64,000 bases of DNA from the NCBI GenBank assembly GCA_016763855.1, contig JAESSY010000021.1:6988-70987 (forward strand), in the 5' to 3' direction. The position numbers and the translations under genes were made by a program. Under the pieces are notes generated by a model, which did no database searches, was not told the origin of the DNA, and worked only from the letters and a program-made list of their open reading frames with translations. Shown here piece by piece: positions 48,472 to 56,736 of this stretch; the first letter of the stretch is position 1, and every line of letters starts with the position of its first letter. This DNA comes from Pseudomonadales bacterium. GTDB lineage: Bacteria > Pseudomonadota > Gammaproteobacteria > Pseudomonadales > Azotimanducaceae.

Positions 48472-50070
48472 CTATTCATAGAGAAAAACCGAGTGGCTGA
48501 TTCTAAACTTTGAAATGTCATCTTTACTTTCTATAAGCTCGCGTAAAATAAGAACAGCACGCTTGAACATTTCCGTAGAAAATTCTTTATTAAAAGAAAA
48601 TCTCGTAGAAGTAATCAATGAACGAAAAAGACCAAAAGCCAGTCTTGCTTCAAATGTTGAATCTTTATTTCTTCTGGCAAAGTTCCGCGCGCACTTAAAC
48701 ATTTCCATATTGGTTTTATTTAGGCGTTTTCTAATATCGCTACTAAAAATAGGAATACGAAAATTTGAAATCAAAAATACAGAAACATCTTGGGTATAAT
48801 CTCCATATCCTGAACGATTAACATCAATAAAAAACATCTTCTTATTGTCAGGAGAAAAAATAATGTTATCAACATTGAAATCACCATGTACCAAAGTTGA
48901 AAAAGGTGCTCTTAATTTGGATTCCATTTTTTGAGCTTCCTCTAGCATTTCATCTAAATTGAGTTCCAACTCAAATAGATGATCGTGGACAAATTTGATA
49001 TCCGCCTTTCGGCTAAGCAATTGAGCGACATAGTCTATTTTTGCCTTTTTGGGTTTCATACTACCTTGCCAGATATAGGCAAGCTGTTTAGACATAAGCT
49101 TTAGACGGGCGTCTAATTTGGGTCTTTTTTCTAGCATGTTTTCTAAGAGATCATCTCCTTCAATATATTCAAGTAAAATGGTTGAATGTTGCCGGCGACT
49201 CTCGTGCCAAAGTATCTCAGGTGTTTTTCCTGGATAAAGTGATTGCCATAATTTTAAGCCATTGAGCTCTGCTTCTATTTTCGATTTGCTACCTTCCTTA
49301 TAGAAGACCGTCTTGTGGTTTGAATCGATGATTTTTGCAACACGACTACCAGATCTCGTGTTCATAATGGGTTTAAACATCACATTTTCAGAACTAATAT
49401 CAATGCCTAGAGACTCTAGCCCGCGGCGTAAGTATCTAAATTGGCGTATGCCCATCTTTTCTCCGACATGGATATCAAGAATAGCTTCACCTATGTTAAG
49501 AAAGGAATCACCGGCACGTTCGAGATAGCGAATGATAGACAGAACGCAGAGCAAATCATCTACGTTCTTCCCCGTCTCAAGTTTTTGACGAATGGTGGTG
49601 AAAGACTTATCGTAAAGATCATCAAGCTCCGTTTCGTAATCGCAAATCTTCTGTGCTAAATCTAGATCGTGATTCACTAATGCTGGGTAAATAATATCTA
49701 GTGCCTTGTAGATGATTTTGTAATAAGTCTTTAACTCATAATCTAGAATTATTTCAGGTTTTTGTATAAAAGACATTTGATGCGTGATTCGCTCAAAGAA
49801 ATCGGCGCATCGTTCCAAATTTGAAGCAATGGTTATCAAAGCCCGAAAATAATTCATTTTTCGAGCGTTATCCGCCAGATTATATATATTGAAATAGCTT
49901 TTATTTTCCAAGGTGATTTTTAGATTATTAACATAGTCTTCACGATTTCGTATACGCGTAAGCTTTTGTGCCGAAGGTTTTTCAATGTGAGACAGCGAAG
50001 CTTTTGCCTGCTTACTGACTTCCAGAATCAAGAACTGTAGATCAACATTTACTCCTTCGTCTATAGGCAT
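48472..50070 (-). CDS. Fusion protein: N-terminal double PhoU-like repeat plus C-terminal APH/choline-kinase-like phosphotransferase
   Basis: PhoU-type LERCADF and LERAGDS motifs (compare LERMGDF and LERIADL in the bona fide PhoU at 4735). Kinase catalytic loop HGDFNVDNIIF and metal-binding IDVNRSGYGD. Confidence 0.7.
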   Translation of the reverse strand: MPIDEGVNVDLQFLILEVSKQAKASLSHIEKPSAQKLTRIRNREDYVNNLKITLENKSYFNIYNLADNARKMNYFRALITIASNLERCADFFERITHQMSFIQKPEIILDYELKTYYKIIYKALDIIYPALVNHDLDLAQKICDYETELDDLYDKSFTTIRQKLETGKNVDDLLCVLSIIRYLERAGDSFLNIGEAILDIHVGEKMGIRQFRYLRRGLESLGIDISSENVMFKPIMNTRSGSRVAKIIDSNHKTVFYKEGSKSKIEAELNGLKLWQSLYPGKTPEILWHESRRQHSTILLEYIEGDDLLENMLEKRPKLDARLKLMSKQLAYIWQGSMKPKKAKIDYVAQLLSRKADIKFVHDHLFELELNLDEMLEEAQKMESKLRAPFSTLVHGDFNVDNIIFSPDNKKMFFIDVNRSGYGDYTQDVSVFLISNFRIPIFSSDIRKRLNKTNMEMFKCARNFARRNKDSTFEARLAFGLFRSLITSTRFSFNKEFSTEMFKRAVLILRELIESKDDISKFRISHSVFLYE

Positions 50071-50075
50071 ATTGC

Positions 50076-51350
50076 TTAACTCGGGTTAAAAGATTTAATG
50101 AATGGATAGTCCGTACTGATCCCCTTAACAACACCGTCTTTTTCAAAAATTACGACAGCTCCTCCTGGCCCATCTAAGCCTTCTTTGATGCGTGTATTAC
50201 GATCAACCGAAGCGTCACATTCGAAGTTCAACATATTTTCTCTTATAACAATGCGTTGACCATGGCGGATGTTTCTATGCCCATGAACAATGGCGTAAAT
50301 CCCAGCCTTGTGTAAAGCAATAGCGCCAGCCTCTGAGAAAATGTTATCGGACGCTCGGTACTTTGTACGAAAAGTATTACCCAGCGGTCCGTGATATAAC
50401 TTAAATGGGTCTTCGTAGAAGCAATTATGGAATTCTAGATTAAGCTCTTCGATGCCTTTATCTTGTATAAGATCAGCTACTGTATCATCCAAGCCTGCAT
50501 GAATATAAAGATATGATCCTTCTCTATGTGCCAAGCGCATGCTGTCGAAAAACCAATATAAATCCCCATCTGGTGATAAGAAATGCTTCTTGAAAGATTC
50601 TATTGCAGCTGCAATTTGACAAAAATTCAAGTTCAACTCTTGCATTTTCTCAATAAATAGACTGGTCTTTTCTTGAGTACGCCCAAGCTCTTTCTTTAGC
50701 TTCTCTGGATGAACAGTGGATTTTGCTGCTGCAGAAAAATTCGTTGCCCAATTGTCTGCAGGTAGAAATTGTTCTCGAAATTTACACTCATGGACTCTAT
50801 CTGGTACTGCTTCTTGATCAACAAATTGATCAAGAAGTTCTTTAAGAAAAGGCACTACCTTGCTTCCCATTCTGATAAATAAATGATCAAGTAGCGGTTC
50901 TTTTCTCTCAGCATAGTAAAGACCTAGATAAGTCCGAACATCATGATTGCCTGCGAGCAGACGGAGCCGCGCTCCCTTTTCCTTCAAACAATAAATCAAA
51001 TTTAACAATTTGAGCGTTGAGGGTCCTTTATCAAAACAATCTCCGCCGATGACAAAAAGTGCTTCTTCACCAAGTACCGTGAGTTCAAGACTTTGTATTG
51101 AATTCGACTTAAATCTGACACCGCCAGATGCAATAAGAGAAAGACGGAAGGCGTCGACATCAGCATGGAGATCGCAGAAAAAGAACACTCTGTTGCCAGG
51201 CCAATGCCAGATTTTACCATTGGTGTAAGCGGTGATGATTTCACAACTATCATCATCTTGATCGGAATATTGTAAAGCACTTAAGATTCTCGGCCAAGGT
51301 TGGTCTTTACTAGGCAATAGATCTTGATCTGTTAGATTGTCGGAAGCCAC
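50076..51350 (-). CDS. Calcineurin-like metallophosphoesterase (424 aa)
   Basis: Motifs FFCDLHAD, GGDCFDKG, AGNHD and VHGHRN in canonical order. GTG start, 12 nt after the ABM gene stop. Confidence 0.7.
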   Translation of the reverse strand: MASDNLTDQDLLPSKDQPWPRILSALQYSDQDDDSCEIITAYTNGKIWHWPGNRVFFFCDLHADVDAFRLSLIASGGVRFKSNSIQSLELTVLGEEALFVIGGDCFDKGPSTLKLLNLIYCLKEKGARLRLLAGNHDVRTYLGLYYAERKEPLLDHLFIRMGSKVVPFLKELLDQFVDQEAVPDRVHECKFREQFLPADNWATNFSAAAKSTVHPEKLKKELGRTQEKTSLFIEKMQELNLNFCQIAAAIESFKKHFLSPDGDLYWFFDSMRLAHREGSYLYIHAGLDDTVADLIQDKGIEELNLEFHNCFYEDPFKLYHGPLGNTFRTKYRASDNIFSEAGAIALHKAGIYAIVHGHRNIRHGQRIVIRENMLNFECDASVDRNTRIKEGLDGPGGAVVIFEKDGVVKGISTDYPFIKSFNPS

Positions 51351-51362
51351 GATATAGATTCT

Positions 51363-51656
51363 CTAGAGCAAAGTTGCTTCATACATTTTCATATCAAAGC
51401 CATCTGCTTCTGACAGGACTTTGGCATCCTTAACAAATAGTCTGGATTCAGAAACTTTAAAGTGAGTTTGTAAGGCATTCATATCCATCCACTCTTCATA
51501 AAAAACAATACGGTTCGTGTTTTCTGCATCTATTTGGACACTGTGTGATACACAACCGAGTTCGTTCCTTGAGCGATGCACATGTTCAAGGCTGATTTTT
51601 AGTAAGGCATCTAATTGATTAGCCTTTGCTGTCATACTTCCCCATACAATGATCAT
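51363..51656 (-). CDS. ABM (antibiotic biosynthesis monooxygenase-like) domain protein
   Basis: 97-aa ferredoxin-like small protein (SHSVQIDAENTNRIVFYEEWMDMNALQTHF). First gene of the co-directional cluster. Confidence 0.6.
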   Translation of the reverse strand: MIIVWGSMTAKANQLDALLKISLEHVHRSRNELGCVSHSVQIDAENTNRIVFYEEWMDMNALQTHFKVSESRLFVKDAKVLSEADGFDMKMYEATLL

Positions 51657-51826
51657 TTTTCAACCTTATTATTCTAACTAATATTCTAAAATAAGATATC
51701 CCAGAAGAGATAACAAACTAATTTTATGAATCTAGCGGTTTTTGCTTCAGGCCTCTGCATTTACATTCTTCTAGCACTACCATATTATGATTAGCAGGGT
51801 AGATTTGGAGCTTAAGGGCTTAAACT

Positions 51827-52066
51827 GTGAAAATCGAAATTCATTATTGTGCTCAATGAAATTATGAGCCAGAGGCGGTCAGTTTGGCTGCAGAGATACA
51901 CAAATCCTTTAATGTCGAATCGACACTCGTTCCTGAGGGTAAGGGTATATTCGATGTCACAAAAGATGGAGAACTGATTTTCTCAAAATATCAATTACAC
52001 CGTTTTCCTGAAACTGGCGAAGTTGTCGCTCTTATAGAAGGATGTCGCACTCATAAAGATCTCTAA
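51827..52066 (+). CDS. SelW/Rdx-family redox protein, candidate selenoprotein (in-frame TGA at 51857-51859 read as Sec)
   Basis: The GTG at 51827 follows an in-frame TAA by one codon. Translation: (M)[71 protein letters not shown]... This gives a C-x-x-U redox motif where family members have CxxC or CxxU. The track shows only the TTG-started 3' fragment from 51884. Confidence 0.6.
51867..51889 (+). promoter_or_regulatory. Candidate bacterial SECIS hairpin
   Basis: AGCCAGA (51867-51873) pairs with TTTGGCT (51883-51889): 7 bp including one G-U. The 9-nt loop GGCGGUCAG contains GGUC. The stem starts 7 nt after the UGA. Confidence 0.4.
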
Positions 52067-53736
52067 GACTTTTCTATCTTCGCCCAAGTATCACGTAGTC
52101 CGACAACTCTGTTAAATACCAACGCCTCAGTAGAGGAATCCTTGCGGTCTACACAGAAGTATCCTTCTCGCTCAAACTGGAATCGCTGATCGATTGATGC
52201 CTCCTTCAAACTACTTTCTACAAATCCTTTCAGTACGGTCATGGAATTTGGATTGATTAGCTCGTGGTAATCTTTTTCGCTCGCATCAGGAAAATCCACC
52301 GTAAATAGGGGTTCGTAGAGTCTAATTTCTGCAGGTACACCGTCATCAACAGAAACCCAATGAATAACACCCTTGACCTTTCTTCCTTCGGGGTTCTTGC
52401 CGAGTGTATCAGGGTCATAGCTACATCTTAGCTCAATAATATTACCTGCATCATCTTTGATGACTTCATTGGCTTTGATGACGTATCCATATCGTAATCT
52501 AACTTCGCCGCCAATAACAAGACGTTTATACTTTCGATTTGCTGTTTCACGAAAATCAGCTTGATCAATATAGATCTCCCGTGAGAACTGAATTTTGCGC
52601 GTCCCCATAGATTCGTCCTTCGGATGATTAGGCACCTCTATAGATTCCATTTGACCTTCTGGATAATTCTCCAAAACAATTTTTAGCGGGTTAAGTACGC
52701 CCATTACACGCGGTGCTGAATCCCCAAGATCATCTCTAATGCAACTCTCAAGCATCCCCAACTCAACGTTATTATCGCTTTTGGTAACGCCGATTCTCCT
52801 GCAGAATTCCCTGATTGAACCCGGTGTATATCCTTTACGACGAAGCCCAGCAATTGTAGGTAGCCTAGGGTCATCCCAGCCATCTACCAAATTCTCTTCT
52901 ACAAGGACTTTTAACTTTCGCTTAGCCATCACGGTAAATTGTAAATTAAGACGCGAAAATTCAATTTGTTGAGGATGACAATTTAACCTCAGCTCATCCA
53001 GGATCCAATCATAAAGAGGACGGTGATCTTCAAAGCTCAGATCGCATAAAGAATGTGTGATGCCCTCGAGGGAATCAGAAATACAATGGGTATAATCATA
53101 AAGTGGGTAGATACACCATTCATTCCCCGTCTTGAAATGATGCATGTGCCGAATTCTGTAAATAGCCGGATCACGCATATTTATATTGGGAGAAGCCATA
53201 TCGATTTTCAGGCGCAATATGTGATCACCATCAGCGAACTCCCCTGCCCGCATACGACGAAATAAATCAAGATTCTCTTCGATACTTCTGTCACGATAAG
53301 GACTGTTTTCACCAGGGGATGTCAGATTGCCTCGAAGTTTTCTAATTTCATCCGCGCTACATGAATCTACATAGGCCTTACCCATTTCGATAAACTTCTC
53401 GGCAAATTGATACAGTTGTTCAAAATAGTCAGAAGCATTTCTAATTTCTAGCCACTCAAATCCTAACCAGTCGATATCTTTTTTAATCGATTCCATGAAT
53501 TCGATACTTTCTTTTTGAGGATTGGTGTCATCAAACCGCAAATAGGTTGAGCCATTAAACTCCCCAGCGATACCGAAGCTAATACAAATCGCCTTGGCAT
53601 GACCAATATGTAAGTACCCGCTTGGTTCAGGGGGAAATCTTGTCACGACATTGCCGCCGTTTTTCCCCTCACGTAGATCCTGTTCAATGATATTGCGAAT
53701 AAAATTCGCTGGGTATTTTTCTATTTCTTCAGACAT
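52063..53736 (-). CDS. glnS: Glutaminyl-tRNA synthetase
   Basis: HIGH motif (GYLHIGHAK), KMSKS-like VMAKRKL, and 557 aa typical of GlnS. Confidence 0.95.
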   Translation of the reverse strand: MSEEIEKYPANFIRNIIEQDLREGKNGGNVVTRFPPEPSGYLHIGHAKAICISFGIAGEFNGSTYLRFDDTNPQKESIEFMESIKKDIDWLGFEWLEIRNASDYFEQLYQFAEKFIEMGKAYVDSCSADEIRKLRGNLTSPGENSPYRDRSIEENLDLFRRMRAGEFADGDHILRLKIDMASPNINMRDPAIYRIRHMHHFKTGNEWCIYPLYDYTHCISDSLEGITHSLCDLSFEDHRPLYDWILDELRLNCHPQQIEFSRLNLQFTVMAKRKLKVLVEENLVDGWDDPRLPTIAGLRRKGYTPGSIREFCRRIGVTKSDNNVELGMLESCIRDDLGDSAPRVMGVLNPLKIVLENYPEGQMESIEVPNHPKDESMGTRKIQFSREIYIDQADFRETANRKYKRLVIGGEVRLRYGYVIKANEVIKDDAGNIIELRCSYDPDTLGKNPEGRKVKGVIHWVSVDDGVPAEIRLYEPLFTVDFPDASEKDYHELINPNSMTVLKGFVESSLKEASIDQRFQFEREGYFCVDRKDSSTEALVFNRVVGLRDTWAKIEKS

Positions 53737-53782
53737 TTGTTACTACACTATTAAAAAGACATTATTTAAAAATAAGCCGCTC

Positions 53783-54541
53783 TTAAAAGGAGAAGGCAGC
53801 CAAGCAGCTTATGCTCACCATCACAAAGAGTATCCATTTTAACGTAGTTTGAGATACATTGAGTGAAAACTTTACACTAATGGCAGCACCGGTCATGGTA
53901 CCCACGGATAAGATTAAACCAGGCACCCACATAACCTGGTCTCTTACAATGAACACCGCTAACGCAACAATGGCGAAGAATAAAGTTGCCACCATTTTTA
54001 ATGCATTTGCCCTCACCAAATCGTAACGTAAAACCCCAGCTAGCGCCGCGAGTAAAATAAAGCCAACCCCAGCCTGAACAAAACCGCCATAGACTCCCGC
54101 TAAAAACAACATGACGAAACCCATAGGCTTATCTTTGATTGAATGTGGCTGAACTCCTTCTTCAACCATTAGAAATTTTGGCGCGATCAACATCACAAGT
54201 GCCATTGCCATCATAGAAATGAGTAAAGTTGGCTTTAAAAACCAAACCGGTAAATAGGATGCAAGTAAAGACCCAATTAAAGCACCAGATAATGTTGGTA
54301 GCATCATCGGTAAGATCGCTTTGGTATCTAAGCGATCGTATTTTTTGAAGCTCTTAATTGCGATTACAGATTGGAGTAAGACACCTACGCGGTTCGTAGC
54401 ATTGGCAATGTCTGCAGGTAAACCCAGCATCATTAATGCAGGAAGCGTTAACATCGACCCACCACCCGCCAGCGTATTGATAAATCCAGCGATAAAGCCA
54501 GAGATAAGCAATGCAGCAATGCCAAAAAAAGATAGTTCCAT
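53783..54541 (-). CDS. TauE/SafE family anion exporter membrane protein
   Basis: 252 aa, about 7-8 TM segments, with Gly-rich repeats (GFINTLAGGGSMLTLP and AGVYGGFVQAGVGF). Confidence 0.8.
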   Translation of the reverse strand: MELSFFGIAALLISGFIAGFINTLAGGGSMLTLPALMMLGLPADIANATNRVGVLLQSVIAIKSFKKYDRLDTKAILPMMLPTLSGALIGSLLASYLPVWFLKPTLLISMMAMALVMLIAPKFLMVEEGVQPHSIKDKPMGFVMLFLAGVYGGFVQAGVGFILLAALAGVLRYDLVRANALKMVATLFFAIVALAVFIVRDQVMWVPGLILSVGTMTGAAISVKFSLNVSQTTLKWILFVMVSISCLAAFSF

Positions 54542-54654
54542 GGAGCGTTTTAGGAAGAACAGAATAGAAGTCGAATGGTATGCACTTGAATGTTAATGTC
54601 AAACTATCTTAAAAATAACTTGCATGAATTTTTGAGATAGCTATTATTGCGCCC

Positions 54655-54729
54655 ATGAACTCAATCACTAACCCAAGCATTGCAACAAATTATTTCTGGC
54701 AGGGATTTTACTATTTTATAAATAGATAG
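54655..54729 (+). CDS. Candidate leader peptide MNSITNPSIATNYFWQGFYYFINR (24 aa) for DAHP synthase attenuation
   Basis: Read directly. 7 of 9 consecutive codons (54691-54717) encode Tyr, Phe or Trp. It lies upstream of a terminator and the DAHP synthase gene. No Shine-Dalgarno is visible. A possible promoter (TTGCAT 54620-54625, 16-nt spacer, TATTAT 54642-54647) would make it near-leaderless. Confidence 0.5.
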   Translation: MNSITNPSIATNYFWQGFYYFINR

Positions 54730-54746
54730 ATCGCTGTGCAAAACTG

Positions 54747-54765
54747 TAGGCGGTCAAACCGCCTA
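54747..54765 (+). promoter_or_regulatory. GC-rich hairpin in the aro leader (possible 1:2 / anti-antiterminator element)
   Basis: TAGGCGG (54747-54753), loop tcaaa, CCGCCTA (54759-54765). The 3' arm can alternatively pair with TAGGCG at 54779-54784, inside the terminator stem. Confidence 0.5.
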
Positions 54766-54771
54766 AAGGGA

Positions 54772-54806
54772 ACTCCAATAGGCGCATGTCTACTGGAGTT
54801 TTTTTT
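54772..54806 (+). terminator. Rho-independent terminator (attenuator) upstream of DAHP synthase
   Basis: 54772-54783 pairs with 54788-54799: 11 of 12 positions paired (10 Watson-Crick, one G-U) with one A/C mismatch, and a 4-nt loop. Followed by eight Ts (54799-54806). No upstream + strand gene exists for it to terminate. Confidence 0.7.
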
Positions 54807-54856
54807 GCGCTTTTTATTTACACAAATTTAGTTTTAGGCAAACAGGTGGCAAGACA

Positions 54857-55957
54857 ATGACAAAAATGGATGATATTAATGTGTTAAGTGAAGAAACACT
54901 GATTACACCGGAGCAGTTAAAAAACCAAATCCCGATGTCTGATAGCGCGCTAACAACCGTTTCGGAGGCAAGAAGGACAATTAAAAAGATACTAAAGCGA
55001 GAAGATCACCGTCTTTTTCTAATTGTTGGTCCCTGCTCTATCCATGATGTCGATGCAGCAATGGAATATGCCGCCAAGCTTAAAAAGCTGGCTGAAGAAG
55101 TCTCAGACACGCTGTTTCTGGTGATGCGAGTTTATTTCGAAAAGCCCAGAACAACTGTTGGTTGGAAGGGATTCATTAATGATCCTCATCTTGATGATTC
55201 TTTTGACATAGCTGAAGGGCTCAAGTTGGCGCGTAAATTGTTAATTGATCTATCTGAGATGGGTGTTCCCACATCGACGGAAGCACTTGATCCAATCTCT
55301 CCGCAATTTCTACAAGACATCATCTCTTGGAGTGCCATCGGCGCTAGAACAACTGAATCTCAAACTCATCGTGAAATGGCAAGTGGATTGTCTTCATCTA
55401 TCGGCTTTAAAAATGGTACTGATGGTGGATTGGAAGTCGCGATTAACGCCATGGAATCAGTATCCGCGCCCCACCGCTTTCTAGGGATTAACCATCAAGG
55501 TGAAGTTGCCGTTATTCATACCCGAGGAAATGCCCATGCTCATATCGTGCTTCGAGGAGGTGGCGGATCAACTAATTATGATGCCAGTAGTGTTGCATCC
55601 TGTGAACAGCGATTACTTCAGGCGAAGTTACCTGCGAATATTATGATCGATTGCAGCCACGCCAATTCGAGCAAAGACCATGAGAAGCAAAAATTGGTGA
55701 TGAATGATGTCGCAGAACAAATCGAAAGTGGGAATAACTCAATTGTCGGATTTATGGTTGAAAGTCATCTCAATGGGGGTAACCAGAAAGTACCTGAGGA
55801 TAGATCTGAGCTAAAATATGGTGTTTCGATTACCGATGCCTGTGTGGATTGGGATACAACAGAAACGATGATTCGAGCACTACGTCGTCGTGTAAAAGAA
55901 ACCCTACTATTAAGAACAAAACCCGTTCTTGAACCTGTCCTAGATAAGACTGCCTAG
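54857..55957 (+). CDS. 3-deoxy-7-phosphoheptulonate (DAHP) synthase, class I
   Basis: Typical AroF/G/H blocks: LIVGPCSIHD, RVYFEKPRTTVGWKG, and IMIDCSHANS. 366 aa. Isozyme specificity cannot be told by eye. Confidence 0.9.
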   Translation: MTKMDDINVLSEETLITPEQLKNQIPMSDSALTTVSEARRTIKKILKREDHRLFLIVGPCSIHDVDAAMEYAAKLKKLAEEVSDTLFLVMRVYFEKPRTTVGWKGFINDPHLDDSFDIAEGLKLARKLLIDLSEMGVPTSTEALDPISPQFLQDIISWSAIGARTTESQTHREMASGLSSSIGFKNGTDGGLEVAINAMESVSAPHRFLGINHQGEVAVIHTRGNAHAHIVLRGGGGSTNYDASSVASCEQRLLQAKLPANIMIDCSHANSSKDHEKQKLVMNDVAEQIESGNNSIVGFMVESHLNGGNQKVPEDRSELKYGVSITDACVDWDTTETMIRALRRRVKETLLLRTKPVLEPVLDKTA

Positions 55958-55975
55958 GCACTAAGGTCAAGAAGC

Positions 55976-56557
55976 CTATTTATAGAAAGCGTTTTCCGTA
56001 ACGGAATGATCAGTGACATCACGAACACCTTTAAGCTGGGGCAACTGTTCCAGCAAGGCTTTCTCTACTCCGTCTTTTAGAGTCGTATCGACCATACCGC
56101 ATCCTTGGCATCCTCCACCAAACTGCAATACCGCAACTTCCTCTTCTGTCACCTCGATCAAATTAACCATGCCGCCGTGGGAAGCAAGCCCAGGGTTTAC
56201 CTGACTGTGTAAAATATAGTTAATACGATCTTCAATCGGACTATCATCTGAAACCTTGGGTACTTTTGAATTAGGCGCCTTAATTGTAAGCTGGCCACCC
56301 ATTCGGTCTTCAGCAAAATCTACTAAGGCATCTTCAAGGAAGGGTAAGCTTCTATTATCAAACCAGGCGACAAAGCCAATGTATTCGGCTCTCTCATCAT
56401 CATCTTGTGCTTCTTCAGGTTTACAGTAGGCAATACACGTTTCTGCGGTAGGGGTACCGGGGTCTGTAATAAATATCCGGATTCCAATGTCTTTAGCATC
56501 TTGCTTTGACAGGAGATCAACAAAGTATTCTTGTGCTTTTTCTGTAATTTCTACCAT
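55976..56557 (-). CDS. nfuA: Fe/S cluster biogenesis protein NfuA
   Basis: N-terminal degenerate A-type domain plus a C-terminal Nfu domain with GGCQGCGM; 193 aa. Confidence 0.85.
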   Translation of the reverse strand: MVEITEKAQEYFVDLLSKQDAKDIGIRIFITDPGTPTAETCIAYCKPEEAQDDDERAEYIGFVAWFDNRSLPFLEDALVDFAEDRMGGQLTIKAPNSKVPKVSDDSPIEDRINYILHSQVNPGLASHGGMVNLIEVTEEEVAVLQFGGGCQGCGMVDTTLKDGVEKALLEQLPQLKGVRDVTDHSVTENAFYK

Positions 56558-56736
56558 GGTTTCTACGATCTTAGGGTGTGCGGTGCTAGCTTACCAAAGT
56601 AAATGGGGTTCACAAGGCATAAATGCAAGGCTGTATATGAAAGCTATTCATCTACGACCCTCAATATCTTCAAATACGGTTTCAAGAGAACTGCTAAACT
56701 TAAATATTCAAATATTGTAGTTAGAAGATCCATCTG

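Noticed and set aside
51884-52066. Track version of the SelW-like ORF starting at the TTG at 51884
   Set aside because: It starts mid-domain and removes the redox-motif strand. The upstream in-frame sequence with a single TGA gives a complete family-like N-terminus, so I replaced it with the read-through model. This is still a hypothesis.
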